A stretch of 32,092 nt of DNA from Thermodesulfobacteriota bacterium (lineage in GTDB: Bacteria; Desulfobacterota; GWC2-55-46; JADFVP01), in contig DATEAM010000124.1 of the NCBI GenBank assembly GCA_035288385.1, positions 1-32,092 on the forward strand, written 5' to 3'. A program made the translations under genes and the position numbers. A model generated the notes under the pieces. The model was not told the DNA's origin and searched no databases. It saw only the letters and a program-made list of their open reading frames with translations. Below are positions 24,903 through 32,092 of the stretch, piece after piece (within the stretch, counting starts at the first letter, position 1; each line of letters opens with the position of its first letter).

Positions 24903-26240
24903 TTAAAATACGAGCACCACTTTCCGGGAGAGGAAGTCCGGAACCGGGTCGCAGTCCACGCATTGGATGTTCTTTATACGGACCGCAAAGGTGATGTTCG
25001 GGTCAAGCTCTTCCGAAAGGTCCGCCGGCTCAAGGCGCTCGTAGGTGCAACCGTTGTCCGGGTTGCAGGAGCACTCTCCCTGCGGACTGTTTCCTTTCGC
25101 CGCTACCTCGGTAATCGTTATCAGCGCCCATTGCCGGATTGTATGGGTTTCATTTTGTATTCCCGTGGGACACTCGTCGAGTATGGGGGCTATGACCTCC
25201 CACTCGGCGACGCGGTCGGACGTCTCGTCGCCGCATATTTCAGTCGCCCCTCCCGTGCATACCTTGTTGTCTCTGTCGTACCTGGGGTTTATAAAGGCGC
25301 CCCTGAACACCCTGCTGGTTTTTGCATCAACTCCATTGGTGGTCGCGACCTCTCCAAGGCATTCGCCCCCGACCTTCCTTTCGCATATAAAGTCACGCAG
25401 GGCGGTACTGCTCGTGCTTTGTTGATCTTCATCGAGAGTTGTCCATGCAATCGCCCTGGCAGGGTCTTCGTATTCAGTAGCGGTCCCTGACGTGTAAAAT
25501 ATCAACCCGTCTTCGCCGAGGTCAAGGAGGCACGAATCCGTACACAACGCTATGGGCGCCTCGGCCCTTGCCGGCCTCGAGGCTATGGCGGCCCTCTGCA
25601 CTCCCATCGTGGGCTTTAGTATAAGGAAACCGAAGAAGAGGTCTACCTCTCCCCCGTTGTACGTTGCTTCAGCGGTCCTCCTCGTCCGGGCGAGGACGGC
25701 GTTTATCGGTGTGCCTTCCGGGTCAAGGGAGTCCCCGTCCCAGAACCCCACCACTATGTCTTTGGTAGGGTCGTTGGCCTGGTTAAGTTCCGACGGAGGA
25801 GAGTCGCAGTCGGGGCCCGAGTCCACGAGATAGACGCTCCTGCCCACGGCGGCGTTCCGGCAGGCGAACTTCCATGCCTCCTGCCTGGCCTCGATCTGGC
25901 TGGGGTCGTCTGTGTCTTCGAGCTTGGAGGCCCCTGCGAGGGCGGCGGCGTCCGCGGCGTTCTGGAGCTGGCCCCTTACATAGTACATGAAGGCGAAGTC
26001 TATCAATACGAAGAAAAAGATGAGGAATAAGGCGAGGACCCCTACGACGAGGACAACGGCCTGCCCGCTATGCCCGGGACCGCCTTTGCGCCCCATCTGT
26101 CCAGCCTGCCGCTCCACTCCCCCGAGCACCACCTCTCCCCCTTGTCCTGTCCGCCCCACGCGCCCCGTCTCTCCCCTGCCCCCCTCTTGCTTCTCAGCGT
26201 ACTGGGAAGAAAGGCTATCAGTTCTCCTGGGCCGTATCAT
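24903..26240 (-). CDS. tadG: TadG-like pilus-associated protein with Cys-rich C-terminal region
   Basis: The TadE/G-like N-terminus is GQAVVLVVGVLALFLIFFFVLIDFAFMYYVRGQLQNAADAAALAGA. The extracytoplasmic part contains 14 Cys. The start is uncertain: 26240 (GGGGGAAG upstream, 23-nt overlap with cpaC) or the ATG at 26096. Confidence 0.75.
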   Translation of the reverse strand: MIRPRRTDSLSSQYAEKQEGGRGETGRVGRTGQGGEVVLGGVERQAGQMGRKGGPGHSGQAVVLVVGVLALFLIFFFVLIDFAFMYYVRGQLQNAADAAALAGASKLEDTDDPSQIEARQEAWKFACRNAAVGRSVYLVDSGPDCDSPPSELNQANDPTKDIVVGFWDGDSLDPEGTPINAVLARTRRTAEATYNGGEVDLFFGFLILKPTMGVQRAAIASRPARAEAPIALCTDSCLLDLGEDGLIFYTSGTATEYEDPARAIAWTTLDEDQQSTSSTALRDFICERKVGGECLGEVATTNGVDAKTSRVFRGAFINPRYDRDNKVCTGGATEICGDETSDRVAEWEVIAPILDECPTGIQNETHTIRQWALITITEVAAKGNSPQGECSCNPDNGCTYERLEPADLSEELDPNITFAVRIKNIQCVDCDPVPDFLSRKVVLVF

Positions 26241-27591
26241 CTGCTTCCCCCTGGGGTGTCCCCTGAGTGCCGTCCGTCTGCTCTGTGCTCTTTTTAGAGG
26301 TCTTCGGTACGGGTATCCACTGGAACTCCATCTTTTCCTCAGGCGTTGGAGAGGCTTCCCCGGGAAGCTCGGGCCTCACGCCCGGCGCTATCGGCTTTAC
26401 GAGCGAAGGGGTTATGAAGAAGGCGAGCTCCGTGGTCTCGAGCTCGTCTCTCGTGGTGCGGAAGACCGCGCCGAGGATCGGGATGTCGCCGAGCAAGGGG
26501 ATCTTGGAGATGTTCTTTCTCATCTCCTCGTTCAGGAGCCCGGCGAGTATGAGGCTTTCATGCTCCTTCAGGTCTACGCTCGTTGAGACCTGGCGGGTGT
26601 CTATCTCCGGGGCTATGGCGCCCTGGAAGCTCAGGAACTGTACGACGTTGCTCACCTCGGCCGGGTCTATCTTGAGCCTTATTATCCCGTCTTCGAGGAC
26701 CTCGGGTTTGAAGTTGAGCTTTATGCCCACCTCCTCGAATGTTATGGAAATGGTGGAGTCAGCCCCCACGCCCCGGACCACCTGAACGGGGATCCTCGAC
26801 CCTGCGAGGAACTCGCCCTCCTCGCCGCTCCTGACTACGAGGTTGGGTTCAGCGAGGACCTTGGCGAGCCCCTTGTCGGAAAGCGCCCTCAGGAAAGCCG
26901 CCACCCCGCTCGTGAAATGGGAAACCCCTATCTGGGGGACGATGTCGCCGAAGTCATAACCGTCTATGCCGGGCGAGTCTCCCGTGAGGACGCCGTCTGG
27001 AGTGGCGAACAGGCCCGCGGAGGTGCCCTCGGCTTCCGAGCCCTTTATAAGGAAGCTAAGACCGAGCTCCATTAGCTTCGTCCTGTCGATCTGCGCCACC
27101 TTCACCTCGAGGAGCACCTGCTGCGGTTCCTTGATCTTCAAGAGGTTTATAACCTTTGCCCCGTATGCCGAGCTGAGGGTCTCTATCCTTTTGATCGTCT
27201 CTGTGTTCTTAATCGTACCCTTTAAAACGATGGTGGTTCCCACAAGCGAGACGTCCACCTCGTCTTCCGGGGCGATATCCTTAAGCTTCTGCCTGAGATC
27301 CGTTACGTCTCCCGCCACGAAGAGGTCGAAAAAGGTCCTCTTGCCCTCCTCGTTCCATATGATCAGGCTCGTTGCGCCTACCTTCTTGCCGTTGAGAAGG
27401 ATCTCGGTGGGAGAGATCAGGATGAGTTCAGCCACGGAGGGGTCTGATATGGATACCCTTTTGCTGTTCTCCTTAAGGGTAACGACCGTGGACTTGCCCA
27501 CGCTCACCTCAACGGGTATTGCGGCCATCGCCGTCGTAGAGATTAAAAAGGCGCACAAGACGAAGAACGTATATAATACTCTTCTCGTCAT
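26218..27591 (-). CDS. cpaC: Tad pilus outer-membrane secretin CpaC/RcpA
   Basis: 457 aa with a signal peptide and a CpaC-type N-terminal pilus-formation domain (GKSTVVTLKENSKRVSISDPSVAEL). The secretin C-domain shows VLAEPNLVVRSGEEGEFLAG and IPLLGDIPILGAVFR. Confidence 0.9.
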   Translation of the reverse strand: MTRRVLYTFFVLCAFLISTTAMAAIPVEVSVGKSTVVTLKENSKRVSISDPSVAELILISPTEILLNGKKVGATSLIIWNEEGKRTFFDLFVAGDVTDLRQKLKDIAPEDEVDVSLVGTTIVLKGTIKNTETIKRIETLSSAYGAKVINLLKIKEPQQVLLEVKVAQIDRTKLMELGLSFLIKGSEAEGTSAGLFATPDGVLTGDSPGIDGYDFGDIVPQIGVSHFTSGVAAFLRALSDKGLAKVLAEPNLVVRSGEEGEFLAGSRIPVQVVRGVGADSTISITFEEVGIKLNFKPEVLEDGIIRLKIDPAEVSNVVQFLSFQGAIAPEIDTRQVSTSVDLKEHESLILAGLLNEEMRKNISKIPLLGDIPILGAVFRTTRDELETTELAFFITPSLVKPIAPGVRPELPGEASPTPEEKMEFQWIPVPKTSKKSTEQTDGTQGTPQGEADDTAQEN

Positions 27592-27630
27592 AATCCCCTC
27601 CTTAGAATGGACATAACCCCCCCCTGGAAT

Positions 27631-28518
27631 CTATTGCTGAACTTTGAACGTCTCTATCTGCTTGTTGCCGTCGCGCAGGACCTCCACATTGATGGTCCTC
27701 GCACCGGCCGCCTTCGTGGTGACGGGGCCCTTCTTTACGGCCCTTTTACCCGCGGCCTTCGCAACCCTCGGACTTGGCCCCGCCGGCCCCGCCGGCGCCG
27801 CTCCTATGACCCTGCTGATGGTGGCGCCTCCCGAGGCAAAAACGTCCTTATCGCCGTGCTTCCTCAGAAGGAGCTGGAGCCTTCCCTCCACGCTCGCCAG
27901 CGCGAGCCTCTCGGCCTCATCGGGTGTGACGTCGAGGGTTACGGTGGGGACTATTACGGGTTTGCCTTCCGCTTCCTGCTCTATTATCTGGCCCGTGGCC
28001 AGGACGGGGATGTTCTGGAGTATTATCTTGCTAAGCGGACCCCGCCTGCCTTCGGGGTTCTTGTGCGTCAGGACCACGTCCACCATGTTGCCCGGGGTAA
28101 TGAACCCGGCTACACCAGAGACCTGGTCAACGCCCACGGTCATGGCCCTGTGCCCCTCGGGGATCTTGTAGGTGAGGATCCCTGGGGCGCCTCCCCTCGG
28201 AACGAGTTTCGCCTCGGTGATCGGGTCACCGGACTGTATGCCCTGGAGCGCGACCCTGCCCACGGCGCCCGCCTCGGTCAAAACCGCCCTCTCGGGGACG
28301 TTGGCCTTGGGCCAGGTTACGACCTTGATCTGGGTCCTCTCTATGGTGGTCCCTACGGGTATGTCCTTGGAGGCCACGACGACCTGTTCGGTGGCCACCG
28401 CCTCCTTTACTATCTCTTGCTGTTCCCTCAGATAATTGTACAGGAGCCAGCTCGCGATCGCCGCAATCGCAACGGCGACCACGCCTATAACGACAACCGC
28501 CCTCGGTTTAGCTGCCAT
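27631..28518 (-). CDS. cpaB: Flp pilus assembly protein CpaB/RcpC (SAF domain)
   Basis: 295 aa with an N-terminal anchor and a SAF-like segment VVVASKDIPVGTTIERTQIKVVTWP. An RcpC-like region is followed by a basic Ala/Pro/Lys tail. Confidence 0.85.
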   Translation of the reverse strand: MAAKPRAVVVIGVVAVAIAAIASWLLYNYLREQQEIVKEAVATEQVVVASKDIPVGTTIERTQIKVVTWPKANVPERAVLTEAGAVGRVALQGIQSGDPITEAKLVPRGGAPGILTYKIPEGHRAMTVGVDQVSGVAGFITPGNMVDVVLTHKNPEGRRGPLSKIILQNIPVLATGQIIEQEAEGKPVIVPTVTLDVTPDEAERLALASVEGRLQLLLRKHGDKDVFASGGATISRVIGAAPAGPAGPSPRVAKAAGKRAVKKGPVTTKAAGARTINVEVLRDGNKQIETFKVQQ

Positions 28519-28579
28519 GATTACCTCCCTTTATCCTCCCTCGCTAAGAAACCAACTTCAGGACCTCAGACCTCGTCTC

Positions 28580-29020
28580 TCATATCTCATACCTCATGGA
28601 GGTTATCGAGGTCAAGAACATCCCCGCTGAGTCGCACTCAAGCGCGGGGTCGTCCGAAATAAAGCCAAGCTCCCACCTGACCACGGGGATAAAGCAGTCC
28701 CTTACGGTGACCATTACCATATCGCCTGCGTCAGGGTCGCCGCCTGAGCTGTTCAAGTCTATAATGTTTACGAAAACCTCGGCATCGGGTCTCCCGAGGG
28801 TGTCACGCACGGTTTGTACCACGTCAGGGTCGTTTTCCTCAAGGTCTGTCTGGACTACGGCGAACCTGGCCCCGACCCTGGCGGCGTTGTTAAGAGAGTT
28901 CTTCAGATGCCATGCCCTCGCCACCTCTGCGATGAGCAAAAATATCGCCAGAAGGATGATGAGCATGAACAGGGTCTCTATAACGGTCTGACCCCTTCTG
29001 TCATTAAAGGTGTTTCTCAT
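28580..29020 (-). CDS. tadE: TadE-like pseudopilin
   Basis: The N-terminus MRNTFNDRRGQTVIETLFMLIILLAIFLLIAEVARAW carries a G/QTVIE prepilin-peptidase-type site. The ORF track starts at a TTG at 29071; the ATG at 29020 is favoured. Confidence 0.8.
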   Translation of the reverse strand: MRNTFNDRRGQTVIETLFMLIILLAIFLLIAEVARAWHLKNSLNNAARVGARFAVVQTDLEENDPDVVQTVRDTLGRPDAEVFVNIIDLNSSGGDPDAGDMVMVTVRDCFIPVVRWELGFISDDPALECDSAGMFLTSITSMRYEI

Positions 29021-29185
29021 TTTCACGCCTACGCGCCTCCACGGACCACTGTCGCCCATGCTCCCTGGCAATCATGTGATCCATGGAGGCCGTATTGTTT
29101 TAGAGTGTCCAGGGTCTTTTCCAGGAGCCCTGCATTAAGTATAGCAGAAACTGGAGTGGTTGCGACGTAAGGCCTGGACCTGTAA

Positions 29186-29368
29186 TCAAGACCCGCCAGG
29201 TGGAGCAAACTTGAAGTTGGTGAAGTCTTCGCCGATATTGGTGCCGGCGTCTTCCACACCCTTCTTCATGGTGCCTATCTGGACGGCGAAGAATATCACG
29301 GCGCTCAGTAGTATTATGACGAGCAGATATTCGAGAACCGTCTGGCCCTTTTGCTCTCTGACGTTCAT
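29186..29368 (-). CDS. flp: Flp-family pilin, paralogue 2
   Basis: It contains KG/QTVLEYLLVIILLSAVIFFAV, the Flp G/xxxxEY motif plus a hydrophobic helix. The start is uncertain: the ATG at 29368 gives an 8-aa leader, and the GTG at 29419 gives a 25-aa leader that aligns with the paralogue 1 leader. Confidence 0.75.
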   Translation of the reverse strand: MNVREQKGQTVLEYLLVIILLSAVIFFAVQIGTMKKGVEDAGTNIGEDFTNFKFAPPGGS

Positions 29369-29467
29369 CTTACGCACAACCCCCAGCGAAAATCCAGCTC
29401 CTTGTTCTCTCTTCAGCACACTGGTGTCGCAAGGACCGGGTACCAGCTTGCGTACCGACGGTAACGC

Positions 29468-29671
29468 CTATGTGATCGGCACGTCCACGTTCTGGAGAGC
29501 TGTCCCTATCTCGTTAGAAGCGGCACTGATCCCCGATGCCACGCCGCCGCTGTTGAAGGCGATCACGAGCACCAGGGCTATGAGTACCAACACGAGGATG
29601 TACTCTATGACGGTCTGACCTTTTTCACTCCTGAGATTGAGCCTTCCGAACAACTCCATTACTGTCTTCAT
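29468..29671 (-). CDS. flp: Flp-family pilin, paralogue 1 (probable major pilin)
   Basis: The 67-aa product is MKTVMELFGRLNLRSEKG/QTVIEYILVLVLIALVLVIAF. An AAGGAGGT Shine-Dalgarno lies 7 nt upstream of the ATG. It is the first gene after the consensus promoter. Confidence 0.88.
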   Translation of the reverse strand: MKTVMELFGRLNLRSEKGQTVIEYILVLVLIALVLVIAFNSGGVASGISAASNEIGTALQNVDVPIT

Positions 29672-29752
29672 CTGACTTACCTCCTTGGTTTTGGTTATGG
29701 ATTTTAGACCAGTTAAACGCCCCTTTATGCCACAAGAAAAACTTTGACACTG

Positions 29753-29781
29753 ATTATAGGCACCCGAATCACCGTTGTCAA
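29753..29781 (-). promoter_or_regulatory. consensus sigma70 promoter upstream of flp
   Basis: The minus strand reads TTGACA-acggtgattcgggtgcc(17)-TATAAT, a 12/12 match to the consensus with optimal spacing. It lies ~80 nt upstream of the flp ATG. An imperfect inverted repeat GTTGTAACTTCTTGACAAC (29774-29792) overlaps the -35. Confidence 0.6.
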
Positions 29782-29909
29782 GAAGTTACAACAATAAATT
29801 TAACACCTTAATCTATCGTGGAAAGGGCCTTGAAAACCGGATTCAACCGCCCGCGAGGTACCGTCTCGGCGTTTAGATGCCCCTTCAGTTCCTCTTGGAC
29901 AGATAAAGA

Positions 29910-29925
29910 TGCAACACCCGTGCCA
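29910..29925 (-). promoter_or_regulatory. consensus sigma54 (RpoN) -24/-12 promoter element
   Basis: The minus strand reads TTGGCACGGGTGTTGCAT, which fully matches YTGGCACGrNNNTTGCW. It is intergenic, points toward flp, and lies ~240 nt upstream of the flp ATG. Confidence 0.5.
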
Positions 29926-30028
29926 AACCGCATATGTCTGATTTTCTGTGACTTTTGATACCAAACAAGGCTCAATAACCACGCATTTTTTTCACAGTTC
30001 GAACAATTTTACCCTGTTGGCAAGGAAA

Positions 30029-30105
<77 letters not shown>

Positions 30106-30202
30106 ATTTTTGTGTCCCGATACAGGCTTTGACATGCACAGGAAAGTAAAATTTTTTGACAACCGCCATGGGCCGGATAAGTCCGCCCCAGATGCCAAAG
30201 TC

Positions 30203-30229
30203 AAAAAATTAGCCGGTAGTAGACCGGCT
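30203..30229 (-). terminator. Rho-independent terminator downstream of the ClC gene
   Basis: The minus strand reads AGCCGGT-ctact-ACCGGCT (a perfect 7-bp stem with a 5-nt loop) followed by AATTTTTTG. Confidence 0.7.
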
Positions 30230-30385
30230 GACTCCATTTATATCACAGCCGGGGAGCCCAGGCAAGCAAATTGAGGGCTTATCGGCCTTATGGGCAGGAG
30301 CCAGGGTTGCCGGCACCAAGTGTCTTCTTCTTTTCCGTCTATCCGTGGTTCCGTGAAACCGAAAGGCCGGGGGGCCGGGGGCCGG

Positions 30386-31831
30386 CTACTCCTTGCCGGG
30401 GTCGTCCGGGCCTGGCTCTTTTTCGACGGGCTCCACGGTACTAACGGCGCCGTTGTCGTCGCTATCCCCCTTTTTCTTGCGCCCTTTCTCTCTTAAGACG
30501 CCCATGAGGTTCCGGGCTGTTGCTATAACGCTCCTGTCCCTGTGCTGGTAAACGGGCCTTATGGTCTCCATCTCTTTTCCGATCTCCACCTGGATGGAGG
30601 AGGACTTCTTCATCGAAAGTATCTGGGATGGATAGATGGAGCGGTGGCCCGTCATTATGAAGCTTATGACGCAGGCAACGGCTGCGTAGGGAGCGACCTC
30701 GGTCCCGAAGAGCTCCACGGCGAGTATGCTCGCAGCGATGGGCGTGTTGGCAGCCCCGGCAAGGAGGCTTACGAGGCCTATGGCGGCAAAGACCGAGGAG
30801 TCGAGACCGAGGAGATTGGCGAAGAGGTTCCCTGCCGTCGAGCCTATGAAAAATATGGGGGTAATGATCCCGCCGCTCCCCCCGGCATTGAGCGTTATGC
30901 TCGTAAAGAGAATTTTTACGAGGAAGGAGTAGAAAGGCACGTCCCCGCCCTCGAGGGTCGAGCTTATGGTCTCGAGGCCGAGGCCGAGGTACGTCTTGGA
31001 GAAAACAAGGGTGAGGGCGACGATGGCAATCCCGCCGAGGAGGCTTCTCTTGAGGTCGCTTATCCCCCTCTTCTCCTCGAGCTTTCTCGAGTACTTCTGG
31101 CCGAGCCTCAAGCTCTCGATTACAAGAAACGAGCAGATGCCGAAGAACACCCCCGCGAAGACGACCTTTATGAAGAAGGCCTCGGAGAAGACCGGGACGA
31201 ACTCGAGGGGGTAGTAAAAGTAGGTGACCCCCAGGCTCGCTGAGACCTGGTAGCTAATAATCCCGGCCACGAAGGATGGCAGGAGGACCTCGTAGAGTAT
31301 CCCCCCGACGAAGAGGACCTCGATGCCGAATATTGCCCCGGCTATGGGGGTGCCGAAGACCGCGGCGAAGCCCCCGGATATGCCGCAGATGACGAGCTTT
31401 TTCCTGTCGCTGTCGGAAAACCTGAAGACCGAGGCCACCGCCGAGGAGAGCCCGGCGCCTATCTGCGCGCAGGGTCCCTCCTTTCCGGCCGAGCCCCCGA
31501 AGGCGAGCGTTACTATGGTGGCGGCGAACTTTACGGGCACGACCATGAACTTTATCCTGCCCGAGGTCTTATGCACCGCCTCGATTACCCTCGCGCCGTA
31601 CCCCCCGGCGTCCGGGGCGAGGTACTTCGTCATCGCCGCGCTGGTGAACATGGCGAAGGGGAGCAGCAGGAAGTAGAGGCTGAACTGCGAGGTATAGGCT
31701 GTGGAGAGGTTGAGGACCTTGAGGAACAGTGTGGTGGAGAGCCCCACGATTATGCCGATGATCGAGGCGAGCACCAGCCACTTGAATATGCTTATGAATA
31801 TTACGGACTCTTCTTTCAGCCTCTTTTTCAA
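30386..31831 (-). CDS. ClC-family chloride channel/antiporter homologue with variant selectivity-filter motif
   Basis: 481-aa polytopic protein with a TTG start. It has the GKEGP motif (GGSAGKEGPCAQIGAGL) and a GxFxP-like motif (GGIITPIFFIG). The position equivalent to E. coli APEAGGSGIPEIEGAL reads APDAGGYGARVIEAV. A short charged C-terminal tail carries no CBS domains. Confidence 0.88.
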   Translation of the reverse strand: MKKRLKEESVIFISIFKWLVLASIIGIIVGLSTTLFLKVLNLSTAYTSQFSLYFLLLPFAMFTSAAMTKYLAPDAGGYGARVIEAVHKTSGRIKFMVVPVKFAATIVTLAFGGSAGKEGPCAQIGAGLSSAVASVFRFSDSDRKKLVICGISGGFAAVFGTPIAGAIFGIEVLFVGGILYEVLLPSFVAGIISYQVSASLGVTYFYYPLEFVPVFSEAFFIKVVFAGVFFGICSFLVIESLRLGQKYSRKLEEKRGISDLKRSLLGGIAIVALTLVFSKTYLGLGLETISSTLEGGDVPFYSFLVKILFTSITLNAGGSGGIITPIFFIGSTAGNLFANLLGLDSSVFAAIGLVSLLAGAANTPIAASILAVELFGTEVAPYAAVACVISFIMTGHRSIYPSQILSMKKSSSIQVEIGKEMETIRPVYQHRDRSVIATARNLMGVLREKGRKKKGDSDDNGAVSTVEPVEKEPGPDDPGKE

Positions 31832-32039
31832 ATTTCCGTTATTTCACCTCTGGCTGAAACCTTCAAGGAATTTCCGGGGAGTTAAACTTTTACACCATAT
31901 ATTGAAATATCATAAAGGATTGCCTCGGGACAAGGGCAAGTTTTTTCCAGGATGCGACCTTACGTCAGAAAGGCCTGCCCTTATATGGTAAGGCCGGCTC
32001 TGGAAGGGCCCGCGCGATGCCGAAGATTACTTTAACGGT

Positions 32040-32092
32040 ATGGAGGCGGGACAGGGGGGCGGCAAGGGGGGCGGTGGGGCGGGGGGGGGGGG
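32040..32092. other. G-rich run ending in poly-G at the window/contig end (probable artefact)
   Basis: The sequence degenerates into GGGGGGCGGCAAGGGGGGCGGTGGGGCGGGGGGGGGGGG at the very end of the window. Confidence 0.6.

Noticed and set aside
24462-25490. A long 342-aa plus-strand ORF, and similar long antisense ORFs at 27607-28662, 8312-9016, 11321-12028, 15812-16498, 18522-19223 and 20219-20803.
   Set aside because: All lie antisense to (or straddle) ORFs with clear family motifs. Their products are Arg/Gly/Pro-rich with no motifs. These are the stop-codon-poor shadow frames expected in GC-rich DNA.
29428-29452. A stem-loop, CGCAAG-N13-CTTGCG, between the two flp genes as an attenuator or terminator.
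   Set aside because: The stem is only 6 bp with a 13-nt loop and no U-tract. That is too weak to call.
31832-32000. Possible fluoride (crcB-motif) or other riboswitch upstream of the ClC gene.
   Set aside because: The minus-strand leader lacks the conserved crcB core segments I remember. Only a generic hairpin, GGCCUU-N8-AAGGUC, is present.
32040-32092. A terminal G-rich/poly-G tract as a biological G4 or telomere-like feature.
   Set aside because: It sits at the very end of the window and degenerates into a homopolymer. This is typical of two-colour-chemistry no-signal reads and contig-end artefacts.

Overview
This is a 32.1-kb GC-rich bacterial window that looks like a metagenome contig. 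Nearly all genes are on the minus strand. Arg AGG/AGA and Ile ATA codons are frequent despite the GC-richness. I saw no rRNA, CRISPR array, transposase or integrase.

Left part (1-12.1 kb):
- A respiratory cluster: a CydA-like 'cytochrome bd-like' membrane subunit with no cydB partner, two membrane-anchored monohaem cytochromes c, and a dihaem cytochrome c fused to an EB_dh-type haem domain.
- Then a CBS-domain family II pyrophosphatase, a Zn-dependent ADH, endonuclease III, a long-chain polyprenyl-PP synthase and a DUF2400-like protein.
- A blue-copper (cupredoxin) protein is transcribed divergently.
- Three copies of a ~140-180-bp nested-palindrome intergenic repeat lie in this part.

Right part (12.2-29.9 kb) is one co-directional ~17.5-kb block:
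- Core Tad/Cpa genes: two flp pilins, a tadE-like pseudopilin, cpaB, the cpaC secretin, a Cys-rich tadG-like protein, cpaE/tadZ, cpaF/tadA, tadB and tadC.
- A 280-bp spacer rich in C-tracts and direct repeats follows.
- Then come a DUF192 protein, an 840-aa orphan membrane-anchored repeat protein, and an AAA+ ATPase with an N-terminal tandem MshEN-type c-di-GMP-binding motif.
- The block ends with a CheY-like receiver, a histidine kinase with two degenerate receivers, and a GAF-HD-GYP phosphodiesterase.
- A consensus sigma70 promoter precedes the block, with a consensus sigma54 -24/-12 element further upstream.

Beyond that lie tRNA-Pro(CGG), an intrinsic terminator and a ClC-type channel gene with a non-canonical selectivity-filter motif.

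The best candidate for an undescribed system is the c-di-GMP-wired extension of the Tad pilus operon: DUF192, the 840-aa orphan, the MshEN-AAA+ ATPase and the two-component/HD-GYP genes. The window ends in a poly-G run that looks like an artefact. All domain calls rest on motif recognition by eye; no searches were run.
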